Positions 38,685-49,247 of a DNA stretch of 64,000 nt are shown piece after piece. A program made the translations under genes and the position numbers. The notes beneath the pieces were generated by a model. That model saw nothing but the letters and a program-made list of their open reading frames with translations, ran no database searches and was not told where the DNA came from. The DNA is from Spirochaetia bacterium (GTDB lineage Bacteria; Spirochaetota; Spirochaetia; SZUA-6; Bin103), in the NCBI GenBank assembly GCA_965208575.1, contig CBDBOV010000002.1, positions 320,001 to 384,000 of the forward strand, read 5' to 3'. The stretch's first letter is position 1, and each line of letters opens with the position of its first letter.

Positions 38685-38800
38685 CGCCGGAGGTCGCGCA
38701 GGTCGCGCAGCGGGCGGTCATTGGCGCGCCCTGGAAGCGGTGAGTATATTGCCGCGCGAGGCTGGCGAGCGGCGGCGGGAAGCTGGCGGCGCGCCGGCGA

Positions 38801-39457
38801 ATGGGAGGCTACGTGCGACCCGACTGGTACGCAGGAAGAGGCTGGCATGCCGCCGACGGCTGGCATGCCGAGGACGAGCAGGACGAGGCGGACGGGGAAG
38901 GTCGCGGCGGCGAGGCCGAAAATCCGCTGTTGAAGCAGTTCCTGAAGACGCGCACCATATTGCTCACCGGCGAGATCAACAAGGAGCTCGCCGAGCGGGT
39001 GGTGCGGCAACTGCTGTTGATGGAGCAGGAGGGCGACGACCCGATCAAGGTGTTCATCGACAGCCCCGGCGGCGACGCCGACGCCGGTTTCGCGATCCTG
39101 GACATGATGCGGTTCGTGCGCCCGCCGATCAAGATGATCGGCATGGGTCTGGTGGCCAGCGCCGGTGCGATCATCCTGCTGGCGGCCCCCAAGGAGCGCC
39201 GCTTCGCGCTGCCCAACTCGCGCTACCTGATCCACCAGCCGATGGCCGGCTTCCGCGGCGTGGGCACCGAGATCGAGATTCAGGCCAAGGAGATCGACCT
39301 GATGCGGCGCAAGATGAACGTGCTGATCTCGCAGGAGACCGGCAAGCCGGAATCGGAAGTGGAGCAGGATACCGACCGCGACTACTGGATGGGCGCCCAG
39401 GAAGCGCTCGCCTACGGACTGGTCGGCAGTATCATCAGCTCACAGGATGAGTTGTAG
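38801..39457 (+). CDS. clpP: ATP-dependent Clp protease proteolytic subunit
   Basis: IDSPGG, GLVASAGA, IHQP, DTDRDYW, A.EALAYGLV. Confidence 0.95.
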   Translation: MGGYVRPDWYAGRGWHAADGWHAEDEQDEADGEGRGGEAENPLLKQFLKTRTILLTGEINKELAERVVRQLLLMEQEGDDPIKVFIDSPGGDADAGFAILDMMRFVRPPIKMIGMGLVASAGAIILLAAPKERRFALPNSRYLIHQPMAGFRGVGTEIEIQAKEIDLMRRKMNVLISQETGKPESEVEQDTDRDYWMGAQEALAYGLVGSIISSQDEL

Positions 39458-40418
39458 GGCAACATTCTCCGGGTTGCGGCGCGACCGGCTGCACGCGCTC
39501 GTTGGGGGTGCCGGCCGGGTTCCCGAGGTGCACTCCTACAAGGTGCGCGACATCGTGGGTCTCGACGACCGGCTGCTGGTGGTGACCAGCGACCGGGTGT
39601 CGGCATTCGACCGCGTGCTGACCACCATTCCCTGCAAGGGACAGGTGCTGAATCAGCTTTCGGCGTTCTGGTTCCGGCACACCGCCGACATCGTGGCCAA
39701 CCACCTGCTGCGCGAGGTGACGCCGCGCAGCATGCTGGTGCGGCGCTGTTCGGTGGTGCCGGTCGAGGTGGTGGTGCGCGGCTACCTGACCGGCTCGGCG
39801 TGGCGCGACTACCAGCGCGACGGAGCGGTGTCAGGCATTCGGCTCCCGGCTGGGATGCGCGCCGGCGAACCGTTCCCGGCGCCGCTGCTGACGCCGTCGG
39901 CCAAGGGAAAGCCGGGAGAGCACGACCGCCCGCTCGCGCGCGAAGCGCTGCTCGCCGGCGGCATCGTGGATGGCCGGTTGTGGGAACGCATCGAGGCGGC
40001 GGCGCTGCAACTGTACCGGCGCGGCGTCGAACTGGCCGCGCGCAGCGGTCTGATCCTTGTGGACACCAAGTACGAATTCGGCACCGTTGGCGAGGAGCTG
40101 CTGTTGGCCGACGAGGTGCACACGCCCGACAGCAGCCGGTACTGGTACGCCGACGAATACGCCGAGCGCTTTGCCGAAGGCCGCCCGCAGCGCACGCTGG
40201 ACAAGGAGTTCCTGCGTGCCTGGCTGATGCAGCGCGGCTACCTGGGCGACGGCGACGCGCCGGAGATACCCGACGACGTGCGGGAGGCGCTCGGCGCGCG
40301 CTACCGGGAGGCGTTCCGGCTGCTGACCGGCGCCGAGCTGGAGCCGTCGCCGCTCACCGAACAGGACGAGTTGGCGGCGTACGCGGATCTGATCGGCGCC
40401 GTCCCCGCCGGCGACTGA
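39447..40418 (+). CDS. purC: SAICAR synthetase
   Basis: KVRD, SDRVSAFD, PVEVVVRGYLTGS, LVDTKYEFG, DEVHTPDSSRYW, DKEFLR; true start may be further downstream (e.g. GTG 39528). Confidence 0.95.
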   Translation: MSCRATFSGLRRDRLHALVGGAGRVPEVHSYKVRDIVGLDDRLLVVTSDRVSAFDRVLTTIPCKGQVLNQLSAFWFRHTADIVANHLLREVTPRSMLVRRCSVVPVEVVVRGYLTGSAWRDYQRDGAVSGIRLPAGMRAGEPFPAPLLTPSAKGKPGEHDRPLAREALLAGGIVDGRLWERIEAAALQLYRRGVELAARSGLILVDTKYEFGTVGEELLLADEVHTPDSSRYWYADEYAERFAEGRPQRTLDKEFLRAWLMQRGYLGDGDAPEIPDDVREALGARYREAFRLLTGAELEPSPLTEQDELAAYADLIGAVPAGD

Positions 40419-41572
40419 TGGTGCCGCCGGCTCGGGGCGCCGGCCGCGCGTGCGGCGGTTTGGCTTGCGCCGCCGGTCCACGGCCTCCGCGCGGCTTCCC
40501 GGTCCGGATCGTGCGCGCAGCCGGGGTGGTCGCCGTGGTCCTGCTGCTGGCCGCCTGTAGCGGCTCGGCGCGCACCATCACCGTGGTCACCTACAACGTC
40601 GAGAACCTGTTCGACGCCGAGATTGACGGCGGCGAATACCGCGAGTTCACCCGCCATGGGGGCTGGAGCGAGGCGCTGTACACGGCCAAGCTGCGCGCCA
40701 TCGGCAGCGCGCTGGCTGCCGCCGACCGCGCCGGCGCCGACCTGGTGGCACTGCAGGAGGTGGAGCACTACGGTGCGGCGCGGCGGCTGGTGGAGCTGGA
40801 GCTGGACGGCCTCGGCTACCGGCACGTGGTGTGGCTGCCCGACCCGCACAACGCCAACGGGCCGGTGGTACTGTCCAAGCTGCCGGTGCGCCGGGTTGGC
40901 GCGCTGTGGGTGGGCGGCGGCCTGGAGGGCGGCCTGGAGCGGCCGTTGCGGCCGATCCTGGAAGTGGAGGTGGCGCTCGGCCCGGACCCCGATGCGCCGT
41001 CGCTGTTCCTGTTCAACAATCACTGGAAGTCGAAGCTCGGAGGCGCCGCCGAGACCGAGGTGTACCGGCGCCGCGCGGCGGCGCTGCTGGCCCGCCGGAT
41101 CGAGGAGATCGGCGCGGCCGATCCGGCGGCGGAGATCCTGGTGGCCGGCGACCTGAACGAGTCGATCGACGAGTATGAACGCCAGGGACGGCGCTACGCC
41201 ACCGCGCTGATGCCGGCCGCGGCGCCGGAGACCGAGGGCGGGCTGCGCGTGACGGGAACGGTCCCGAGCGCCGGCCGGCCGACGGAGCTGTTCAGTCCCT
41301 GGCTGGCGCATGACGCGGAGTCGGAGCCGCCGGGCAGTTACCGGTTCGGGGGCGAGTGGCAGACGATCGACCACCTGCTGCTCGGGGCGGGCCTGTTCGA
41401 CGAGCGCGGCCTGAGCTACGACGCGGGCGGCGCCGGTTTCGCGGTGGTCCACGACGGCCTGCTCGACGGCGATGGTGCGCCGCGCGCGTTCTACCGCGGC
41501 CCGCCGGCGGGCGGCCACTCCGATCACCTCCCCCTCCGCCTGGAGCTGACCCTGCACCCGCCGGGCGACTGA
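40418..41572 (+). CDS. Endonuclease/exonuclease/phosphatase family lipoprotein
   Basis: Lipobox LAAC, TYNVENLFD, LQEVE, NHWKSK, GDLN, IDH, SDHLP. Confidence 0.9.
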   Translation: MVPPARGAGRACGGLACAAGPRPPRGFPVRIVRAAGVVAVVLLLAACSGSARTITVVTYNVENLFDAEIDGGEYREFTRHGGWSEALYTAKLRAIGSALAAADRAGADLVALQEVEHYGAARRLVELELDGLGYRHVVWLPDPHNANGPVVLSKLPVRRVGALWVGGGLEGGLERPLRPILEVEVALGPDPDAPSLFLFNNHWKSKLGGAAETEVYRRRAAALLARRIEEIGAADPAAEILVAGDLNESIDEYERQGRRYATALMPAAAPETEGGLRVTGTVPSAGRPTELFSPWLAHDAESEPPGSYRFGGEWQTIDHLLLGAGLFDERGLSYDAGGAGFAVVHDGLLDGDGAPRAFYRGPPAGGHSDHLPLRLELTLHPPGD

Positions 41573-41809
41573 AGCGCCCGGCCACCGGCCGGCGGTCCGG
41601 CTGCGCGACGGGATGCGCCGACCGGCGCGGCAGTGGGGCTCGCGGTGCGCGTGCGCGGTGCGCTGGAGCGCGCATGATGCGGGCCGCGGAGGTTGGCGCC
41701 CGTGCGCCGCTGTGCCGGGGGCGCCGGCTCGTCATTTCGCACCGTGCTCCGCACTGACCTGCGGCCATGCCGGCCGCGTGTCCTGTTCGCCGGTCAGGCG
41801 GTCAGGCGG

Positions 41810-42658
41810 TCAGGGCAGGCCGCGCGCCCCGTTGTCGTTGCCGGAGCCGGCGAGCCGTTCGATGGCAACCGCGAGGCTGCGCAGCCGATTGCGGGAAGCG
41901 GCGTGGCCGCGGCCGAGTTGCAGGAACTGGCTCTCCATGCGCGCGTCGGCGTCGAGCAGCGCCGTGACCTCGTCGCGGGCGCGCTGCAGCGTGTCGGCAA
42001 GCTCCAGGGCGGAGCCGGCCAGGTGCACGCCGCGCAGCGCGTGGCCGACCGTGTGCAGGTAGAGGTACAGCCCCGAGGGTCCCACCGGCACCACGCGGCG
42101 CTGCAGGGCGGTGCGCAGAAGATCGTCCTCCGGCCCGGCGAAGCAGCGCAGGTAGAGCGCGTCGGTCGGCACGTACAGCAGGGCGAAGTTGTAGGTGCCG
42201 GCATCCGGCAGCACGTACTTGTCGCCGACCGCGGCCACGTGGCGGCCGATGGCGCGCGCGGCGGCCTTGCTCAGCGGCTGGTCGGGGGCCGCGTCCTCCA
42301 CCGCCTCGAACGGAAACTTGGCGTCGATGGCCACGTTGCGCTCGCCGAGCCGCACCATGGCATCGACGCGCACCCCGCCCGGCAGCGTGACCTGGGTGGC
42401 GAAGCCGGAGCGCGGCAGCCAGGTGGCCAGCAGCTCCTCCAGCAGGCGCTCGCCGTACGCACCGCGCCGGCGCGGCACGGTGAGCGCCTCCTCGAAGCGC
42501 ATCAGGCGCCGCGAGAGCTGGTCGAGCTGCTCCACCCGCCGGCGCACCGCACCGCCGCCCGCGCCGCCGGCGCGCAGCGCGGCCATCACGAGCAGCGTCG
42601 CCAGCACGCCGGCCGCCGCCGCGGCGCCGGCCGCCAGTTCCAGGCTCAGCATCGGCAT
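41810..42658 (-). CDS. rmuC: DNA recombination protein RmuC
   Basis: N-terminal TM helix, RGAYGE..LE, RVDA, IDAKFP, KY.....T..FALLYVP. Confidence 0.88.
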   Translation of the reverse strand: MPMLSLELAAGAAAAAGVLATLLVMAALRAGGAGGGAVRRRVEQLDQLSRRLMRFEEALTVPRRRGAYGERLLEELLATWLPRSGFATQVTLPGGVRVDAMVRLGERNVAIDAKFPFEAVEDAAPDQPLSKAAARAIGRHVAAVGDKYVLPDAGTYNFALLYVPTDALYLRCFAGPEDDLLRTALQRRVVPVGPSGLYLYLHTVGHALRGVHLAGSALELADTLQRARDEVTALLDADARMESQFLQLGRGHAASRNRLRSLAVAIERLAGSGNDNGARGLP

Positions 42659-42859
42659 TTCGTTACCTACAAGTATCGGTATGCGGCGGTCGGCGCCATG
42701 AAGCCGGCCACCTGACCTGCCGCCGCTGCCCGTGCCACCGGTCGGCACGCGGCGTGGCTGCGACGGGCGCCGCGTGTTTGGCCGGCGCGCGCGCCAGGCG
42801 GGACGGGGCAAACGGCGAACGACGAAAGACGGCGGAAGCGTGGCGGAAACGGCTGCAGA

Positions 42860-44766
42860 GAGCCAATTGCGCTGTCGGTAAGTTCCAAGCGGGCAGCGAG
42901 ATAGAAGTGGGCGATTTTTTCTTTACCCCGTGACCGAGGCAATTGCGCTTGCTGCAAGCCCGATGCAGGCGATCAGAAACCAGGGGGAGGTATTTCTTAC
43001 CCCACGACCTGCTGATCCCCTGTACGCGCGTCGGGAGCGCCGGTCAAGGCCCCGATGATACATCGCAACTGTTTGTCTACAAAATAATTGACGGTTCTCC
43101 TGTAACTCGCCATAGTGGCAAGTGAACAGTAATTCACAACAGGAGAACCGCCGATGGCCACTATACCACATCCGTTTCTGTTCCGCTGGGACAGCGTCGA
43201 CCAGTTGGGTGATCTCGAACGCCTGACGCTGGTGCTCGACGCGCTCCCCGACGAGCCGCTGATGCAACTGCTGGAAGCCGGTCGCGGTCGCGGTCGCAAC
43301 GATTATCCGGTGCGCCCGATGTGGAACTCGCTGATCGCCGGCTTCGTGTTCCAGCATCCCAGCATCGCCGCCTTGCGGCGCGAGTTGCTGCGCAACGCGC
43401 AGTTGCGAGACCTGTGCGGGTTCGACCCGTTCGACGGCGCACGGGCGGTGCCCAGCGAATACGCCTATACCCGCTTCCAGCGCCGGCTGCGCAAGCATCA
43501 GGGGCAGATCGATGAGCTGTTCCACAGCACCCTCGACGAACTCCGGATTGAGCTGCCGGACCTGGGCCAGGTACAGGCGCTGGACGGCAAGGAGCTGCAC
43601 TCCCTGGCCAACGGTCCGAGCAGCTATCCGGTGCCGAAGGATAACAAGGAAGACACCGACGGGCGCCGCGACCGCGATGCCGATTGGGGCGTCAAGGGTT
43701 CCGGCGAGAAGAAGGGCGAGAAGGGCGAGAAGAAAGGCAAGAAGAAACACTACTGGTTCGGCTACCTGTTGCACTTGGTCGTGGACGCCACCTACGAGGT
43801 GCCGCTGGCGTTCGAGGTCACCAAGGCGTCGACCGGTGAGCAGCCGCAGGCACAGCGACTGCTTGATCAGATGCAGGATCGTCATCCCGAGCTGCTGCAA
43901 CGGTGCGATCGCCTGAGCGCCGACAAGGGCTACGACGACCAAAAGCTGATCAATCGGCTGTGGCAACAGCATCAGATCAAGCCGGTCATCGACATTCGAA
44001 ACTGCTGGAAGGACGGAGAGGCGGAGCAGGATGGCGTCCTCACCAAGCGGGTGAGCGGTCAGGAGAACGTGATCTATACCCACGACGGCCAGGTATCCTG
44101 CATGTGCCCGCGGACCGGTGAACTGCACCGCATGGCCTACGGCGGCTTCGAGCAGGCTCGCGAGTCGCTCAAGTATCGCTGTCCGGCGCGCTACTCGGGG
44201 GTCACCTGCAAGGGCATGGATCGGTGCCCGGTGAGCGACGCGGTGCGCATCCCGCTGGCCGAGGATCGGCGCGTGTTCACGCCGGTGGCGCGGTCCAGCT
44301 ACCGGTGGCAGGACTTCTACGACCAGCGCGGTGCCGTGGAGCGGGTCAACAGCCGGTTGGCCGGCGGCTTCGGGTTCGAGCGACCGGGCATCCGCGGGCT
44401 GGCGAAGATGCAGCTGCGCGTCACCATGGCGCTGACGATCATGCTGGCGATGGCCGTGGGGCGCATCCGCGCCGGCCAACCAGAGAACCTGCGGAGTCTG
44501 GTCAAACCCGCCTGACCGACGGCCACTCGCCGGTCACCAAGAAACCCAATCCCACCGGCTCCTCAGCGAGACCGGTCTGTCCCGATCTGTGCATTGAGCC
44601 ACGGATGAGGCTTGATCCCACCTCGCGGACCCCACTCAGCACACTCGATAGAGCCGTCATTCGGCGCCGGGCGAGCGTCAGCGACGCCGTCAACGTCCCG
44701 GGCGCGTGCTCTCTGGTGTGACCGGCTGCTCAACGGCCCAAAAAACCGCTACAGCGCAATTGGCTC
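42860..44766 (+). mobile_element. Complete insertion sequence (1907 bp, IS1182/IS5-like DDE)
   Basis: Perfect 16-bp TIRs GAGCCAATTGCGCTGT / ACAGCGCAATTGGCTC; 5-bp TSD GCAGA at 42855-42859 and 44767-44771. Confidence 0.93.
43154..44515 (+). CDS. DDE transposase
   Basis: GR.DY N-terminal domain, ALDG, WFGY.LHL, ADKGYD, Y.QR.AVERVNSRL; AGGAG RBS. Confidence 0.93.
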   Translation: MATIPHPFLFRWDSVDQLGDLERLTLVLDALPDEPLMQLLEAGRGRGRNDYPVRPMWNSLIAGFVFQHPSIAALRRELLRNAQLRDLCGFDPFDGARAVPSEYAYTRFQRRLRKHQGQIDELFHSTLDELRIELPDLGQVQALDGKELHSLANGPSSYPVPKDNKEDTDGRRDRDADWGVKGSGEKKGEKGEKKGKKKHYWFGYLLHLVVDATYEVPLAFEVTKASTGEQPQAQRLLDQMQDRHPELLQRCDRLSADKGYDDQKLINRLWQQHQIKPVIDIRNCWKDGEAEQDGVLTKRVSGQENVIYTHDGQVSCMCPRTGELHRMAYGGFEQARESLKYRCPARYSGVTCKGMDRCPVSDAVRIPLAEDRRVFTPVARSSYRWQDFYDQRGAVERVNSRLAGGFGFERPGIRGLAKMQLRVTMALTIMLAMAVGRIRAGQPENLRSLVKPA

Positions 44767-44818
44767 GCAGAGTTGTCGTCGCGCGCGGCGCCGTACTATA
44801 AGTCCACGGGTGGGAAAC

Positions 44819-46156
44819 ATGTCTGAGGTCTACGGCTCCGCGAGCGCCTACCGGGCGGCGCTGCAGCAACGCGCACTGGTTCCGCGCGGCTTCCGTTTTG
44901 CGGTCGCCGCCACCGAGTTCACCCCGGCCGAGCTGGGCGCCGCGGCGCAGCCGCTGCCGATCAAGCTCACCGCCATCCTGGCGCCGGCCGCCAGCGCCGC
45001 CTGGGCCGCGGTGCTGACCCGCAATCGCGTGACCGGCGCGCCGGTGGAGATCGTGCGCGGCCATCGCGGGCGGCCGGTGCGCGGCATGGTGGTCAACAAC
45101 AAGGTCGCCAACGTGTGCGCCGCCGGCGGCGAAGCGGCCGCGCGCAGCGTTTTGGCGAGCGTCGGCGACGCGCTCGGCGTTCCGGGGGCCGAGCTGCTGC
45201 CGGCGTCCACCGGGGTGATCGGCTGGCAGCTCCCGGTGGACGCCCTGGCGGCGGCCGCCCCGGAACTGGCCGCCAACCTCGGCACCAGCACCGCGCCCGA
45301 GGCGGCGGAGGCGATCATGACCACCGATGCCTACCCGAAGCTGCGCAGCGCGGTCACCCCGTCCGGGCACCGTGTGCTGGGCATCGCCAAGGGCGCCGGG
45401 ATGATCGAGCCGGACATGGGCACCATGCTGGCGTTCATCGTCACCGATGCGCCGGCCACGGCGGACGAACTGCAGGAGGAGCTGCAGCGCGCCGCGCGGT
45501 CGTCGTTCAACGCCATCACCGTGGACGGCGACCAGAGCACCAGCGACATGGCGGTGCTGCTCAGCAGCGGCGAGCGAGCGCCCGACGCGCCGCGCGTGGC
45601 CGGCCTGGGCGCCGCCGTGCGGCAGGTGTGCACGGCGCTGGCCGGCGACATCGTGCGCAACGGCGAGGGCACCCGTCACGTCATGGAGATCGCGGTGACC
45701 TCGCGGCTGCCGGAGGCGGATGCGCTGGCGGTGGCCAAGGCGGTCGGCAACGGGCCGCTGGTGAAGACCGCAGTGTACGGCAACGACCCCAACGTGGGGC
45801 GCATCGCGAGCGCGGTCGGCGACTACCTGGGCAGCCGGCCCGATCTGGGCCATGTCGGCGCGCGCGACCTGACCATCACGCTCGGCGACCGGCAGGTGTT
45901 CGCGGCGGGCGCGTTCACCCTGGGGCCGGCGCTGGAGCGCGACCTGAGCGACTACCTGGTCTCCTGCCGGTGCGACTCGGGAGGCGGCTTCCCGCCTCAT
46001 GACCGGGTGGTGCGCATCGGCATCCGCATCGACGGATCGGACAATGCGGCGGCGGCTGCCGGCGGAGCGCCCGAGGGTCCGCGGCACACGGTGCGCGCCC
46101 TGGCCTCCGACCTCGGCTACGAGTATGTCCGCGAGAATGCAGACTACCGGAGCTGA
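44819..46156 (+). CDS. argJ: Bifunctional ornithine acetyltransferase ArgJ
   Basis: STGVIG, AIMTTD, AKGAGMIEPDMGTML (autoproteolysis Thr), DGDQSTSD, NGEG, DPNVGRI. Confidence 0.94.
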   Translation: MSEVYGSASAYRAALQQRALVPRGFRFAVAATEFTPAELGAAAQPLPIKLTAILAPAASAAWAAVLTRNRVTGAPVEIVRGHRGRPVRGMVVNNKVANVCAAGGEAAARSVLASVGDALGVPGAELLPASTGVIGWQLPVDALAAAAPELAANLGTSTAPEAAEAIMTTDAYPKLRSAVTPSGHRVLGIAKGAGMIEPDMGTMLAFIVTDAPATADELQEELQRAARSSFNAITVDGDQSTSDMAVLLSSGERAPDAPRVAGLGAAVRQVCTALAGDIVRNGEGTRHVMEIAVTSRLPEADALAVAKAVGNGPLVKTAVYGNDPNVGRIASAVGDYLGSRPDLGHVGARDLTITLGDRQVFAAGAFTLGPALERDLSDYLVSCRCDSGGGFPPHDRVVRIGIRIDGSDNAAAAAGGAPEGPRHTVRALASDLGYEYVRENADYRS

Positions 46157-47186
46157 GCCGGCCGCGCGGCCGGGTGAGCGGACAAGGGAACGGGAAGCCG
46201 AGCAGACCGCCGAGCAGGGACGCCTGCTCGACGCCTGCTTCGCCGAAGTGGGCAAGCGCATCGTCGGCCAGCGGTCGATGGTGCGGGGCATGATGATGGC
46301 GCTGCTCGCCGGCGGGCACGTGCTGCTGGAGGGGATGCCCGGCCTGGCCAAGACGCGCGCGGTGAAGGCGCTCGCGGAGGTCACCGACGTGAGTTTCCGC
46401 CGCCTGCAGTTCACGCCCGACCTGCTCCCGGCCGACGTGATCGGCACCATGGTGTACCGGCCGAACAGCGGCGAGTTCGTGGCGCGCAAGGGGCCGATCT
46501 TCGCGCACCTGGTGCTGGCAGACGAGATCAACCGGGCGCCCGCCAAGGTGCAGTCCGCGCTGCTGGAGGCGATGGAGGAGCGCCAGGTCACGCTTGGCAC
46601 CGAGACCCACGCGCTGGACGAGCCGTTCCTGGTGCTGGCGACCCAGAACCCGATCGAGCAGCAGGGAACGTATCCGCTGCCGGAGGCGCAGCTCGACCGC
46701 TTCCTGCTCAAGCTGCGCGTCCCGTACCCCGCATACGAGGAGGAACTGGAAGTGTTGCGGCTGGTCGGCGACGAGCAGCCCGCGGCGCTGCGCCCGCTGC
46801 TCGACCGGCGCGCCATCGCCGGCCTGCGCGCGAGTGCGGCGCGCACCCGGGTCGACCGCCGCATCGAAGAGTACGTCGTGACCCTGATGCGCGCCACGCG
46901 CCCGGAGCCCGGCGCCGCCGGCGGTGACAACGGGGCGGCGGCCGGGCCGGACTATCTGCGCTTCATCGAGCACGGCGCATCGCCGCGCGCGTCGATCTAC
47001 CTGTACCGCTGCGCCAAGATCGCTGCGCTGTTCGCCGGCCGCCCGTTCGTGGTCCCCGAGGACGTCAAGGCGGTGACGCCCGCCGTCCTGCGCCACCGCC
47101 TGGTAATGAGCTACGAGGGCGAGTCGGAGGGGATCACGCCCGAACAGGTGATCGAGGCGCTGCTGGCCCACGTGGAGGTGCCGTAG
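46125..47186 (+). CDS. moxR: MoxR family AAA+ ATPase
   Basis: EGMPGLAKT, RLQFTPDLLPAD, ADEINRA, ATQNPIEQ, PEAQLDRF; start uncertain (46125 or 46137). Confidence 0.95.
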   Translation: MSARMQTTGAEPAARPGERTREREAEQTAEQGRLLDACFAEVGKRIVGQRSMVRGMMMALLAGGHVLLEGMPGLAKTRAVKALAEVTDVSFRRLQFTPDLLPADVIGTMVYRPNSGEFVARKGPIFAHLVLADEINRAPAKVQSALLEAMEERQVTLGTETHALDEPFLVLATQNPIEQQGTYPLPEAQLDRFLLKLRVPYPAYEEELEVLRLVGDEQPAALRPLLDRRAIAGLRASAARTRVDRRIEEYVVTLMRATRPEPGAAGGDNGAAAGPDYLRFIEHGASPRASIYLYRCAKIAALFAGRPFVVPEDVKAVTPAVLRHRLVMSYEGESEGITPEQVIEALLAHVEVP

Positions 47187-47190
47187 CCTG

Positions 47191-48075
47191 GTGGCGGCAG
47201 GCACGATCGCCGCACAGGCGCGCCGGCTGGATCTGCTCGCGCGGCAGACGGTAGCGAGTCTGCAGGCGGGCGGACACCGGAGCGTGTACCGCGGCGAAGG
47301 CATGGAGTTCGACGAGGTGCGCGAGTATGCGGTCGGCGACGATGCGCGGTCGATCGACTGGAACGTGACCTCGCGCATCGGCAGCCCGTTCACCAAGGTG
47401 TTTCGCGAGCAGCGGGAGCTGAACCTGGTGCTGGTGGTGGACGTATCCGGGTCGCTGCTGAGCGGCGACGGTGCACGCCGCGAACTGGCCGCGTGGATTG
47501 CCGCCATTCTCGCCCACGCCGCGCATCTCGCCGGCGACCCGGCAAGCGCGTACCTGTTTTCCGACCGCCGCGAACGCTGGCTGCCGGCGCGCCGCGGGCG
47601 CGGCCATCCGCTGCGCATCGCCGGCGAGGTGCTGGCCATCGAACCGGCCGGACGCGGCTCCGACCTCGCCGGCGCGCTGCGCGGCGTTGCCGGCGTGCTG
47701 CACCGGCGCGCCACCTGCGTGCTGGTGTCCGACTTCAGGACTACCGGCTTCTGGCCGCAGCTCGCGCTGTTGCGCCGCCGCCACGAGGTGGTTGCGGTAC
47801 GCGTGGCCGATGCCGGCGACGGCGCGTTCCCGGCGGTGGGCCGTGTGGACGTGCAGGATCCGGAAGCGGGGCGGGTGTCCTGGGCCGCCGGCCGGTCGCG
47901 GCGGTTCCGCGCCGCCTATGCCGCCTATTGGCGGGATCACTACCGCACGGTCCGTGCCGGCTTTCGCGGTCACGGCGTCGACCTGCTGGAAATCGCCGCC
48001 GGCGAAGATCCCGGCGTCGCCCTGGCGGCGTTCTTTCGCCGCCGCGGCCGCGGCAGGCGCCGCGCACCGTGCTGA
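47191..48075 (+). CDS. DUF58 domain protein
   Basis: GEGMEFDEVREY..GDD..IDWNVT, DVSGS, VSDF. Confidence 0.92.
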   Translation: MAAGTIAAQARRLDLLARQTVASLQAGGHRSVYRGEGMEFDEVREYAVGDDARSIDWNVTSRIGSPFTKVFREQRELNLVLVVDVSGSLLSGDGARRELAAWIAAILAHAAHLAGDPASAYLFSDRRERWLPARRGRGHPLRIAGEVLAIEPAGRGSDLAGALRGVAGVLHRRATCVLVSDFRTTGFWPQLALLRRRHEVVAVRVADAGDGAFPAVGRVDVQDPEAGRVSWAAGRSRRFRAAYAAYWRDHYRTVRAGFRGHGVDLLEIAAGEDPGVALAAFFRRRGRGRRRAPC

Positions 48076-48287
48076 CACGCGCGCCCGGACCGGCGCACCC
48101 GCGCGTCCGGTACCGCCGTTCCCTGCCGTACGAGAAGCTCGCCACCCGCACCGGCTGCGCATTCGGCACCGCGTGCGGCGCGCAGGGCGGCCACACCGCG
48201 GGCCCGCGCTCGCGGGCGAGGAGGCGGCACCGCGACCCGCGGGCCCTGCGGCCCGTGCGGCCCGGTGCCCTCCTGTGCCGCCGTGGC

Positions 48288-49247
48288 ATGGCCTGGTTGA
48301 CGCTGTTGGCCGCGGCGTGTTGCGGGGTGGCGCCGGCCGCCGCCGAGGCGGCGGCGGGTGTGGAAGCGAAGCGGGTACGGGAGGTGCGGTTCGAGCCCGC
48401 GCGCTTCGTGGCCGGCGACCTGGTGGTGGCGCGCATCGTCGTGCACGGCGCCGCGGATCTCACGGCACCGGACGCCGTGGCCGGCGACGACTGGCTGGCG
48501 GTGCACGGCGTGGAAGTGTTGACGCGCACCGACGGACACCGGGAGGTGCGCGTGCGATTTACCAGCTACCGCCCCGGCGTCGGTGAGTTGCCGCCGATCG
48601 ACCTGGGTTCGTTCCAACTGACCGGGATCGGCTTTCTCACCAGCTCGGTGCTGCCGCGGTACGGCGAGCTGCCGCCCGCGCTGCGTCCGCCGGCGCCGCA
48701 GATGGCGGTCCCCGGTACCGCGGCGCTCCTGATCGGCGGCGCACTGGCCGTCCTGGCCTTGCCCTACCCGCTGGTCAGCGGCGTGTTGCTGCTGGCCGGC
48801 GCCGGGCGCCGCCTGCGCGCCCGCCGCGCGCGCACCCGGCCGCGCATGGTGCTGGAGCGCGCCGTGCAGCGCCTGCAGGCCGGCGATCCCGCCAGCGTCG
48901 ACGGCGCCGGCAGCGCCAACGCGGCCGGCGATCCGGTCTTGTTCTATGCGCGCCTGTCGCGGTTGGCGCGCGGCTACCTCGCCGCGCGGCTGGCGCTGCC
49001 GGCCTACGCCCTGACCGTCCGCGAGTTGCGCGCGGCGCTGCCGGAACAGGGGCTGCCGCACGGCCTGGGAGCGGACCTGACCGCGATTCTGGAGGCAGCA
49101 GACCGGGTGAAGTTCTCCGGCGCAGGTGCCGGCGCCGAGGAGATGCGGGCGGCCGCACGGCAGTTGGTGACGCTGGCCCGGGCGGTCGACGCGGTGCTTG
49201 AGGAGCGCGCAACGCGCCGGCGAGGAGCGACTGGTGTGGAGCTTTGA
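48288..49247 (+). CDS. Bat-operon membrane protein (BatD-like/hypothetical)
   Basis: Signal peptide, beta-rich domain, TM helix, C-terminal LT..EL...ADRVKF; could start at GTG 48069. Confidence 0.7.
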   Translation: MAWLTLLAAACCGVAPAAAEAAAGVEAKRVREVRFEPARFVAGDLVVARIVVHGAADLTAPDAVAGDDWLAVHGVEVLTRTDGHREVRVRFTSYRPGVGELPPIDLGSFQLTGIGFLTSSVLPRYGELPPALRPPAPQMAVPGTAALLIGGALAVLALPYPLVSGVLLLAGAGRRLRARRARTRPRMVLERAVQRLQAGDPASVDGAGSANAAGDPVLFYARLSRLARGYLAARLALPAYALTVRELRAALPEQGLPHGLGADLTAILEAADRVKFSGAGAGAEEMRAAARQLVTLARAVDAVLEERATRRRGATGVEL

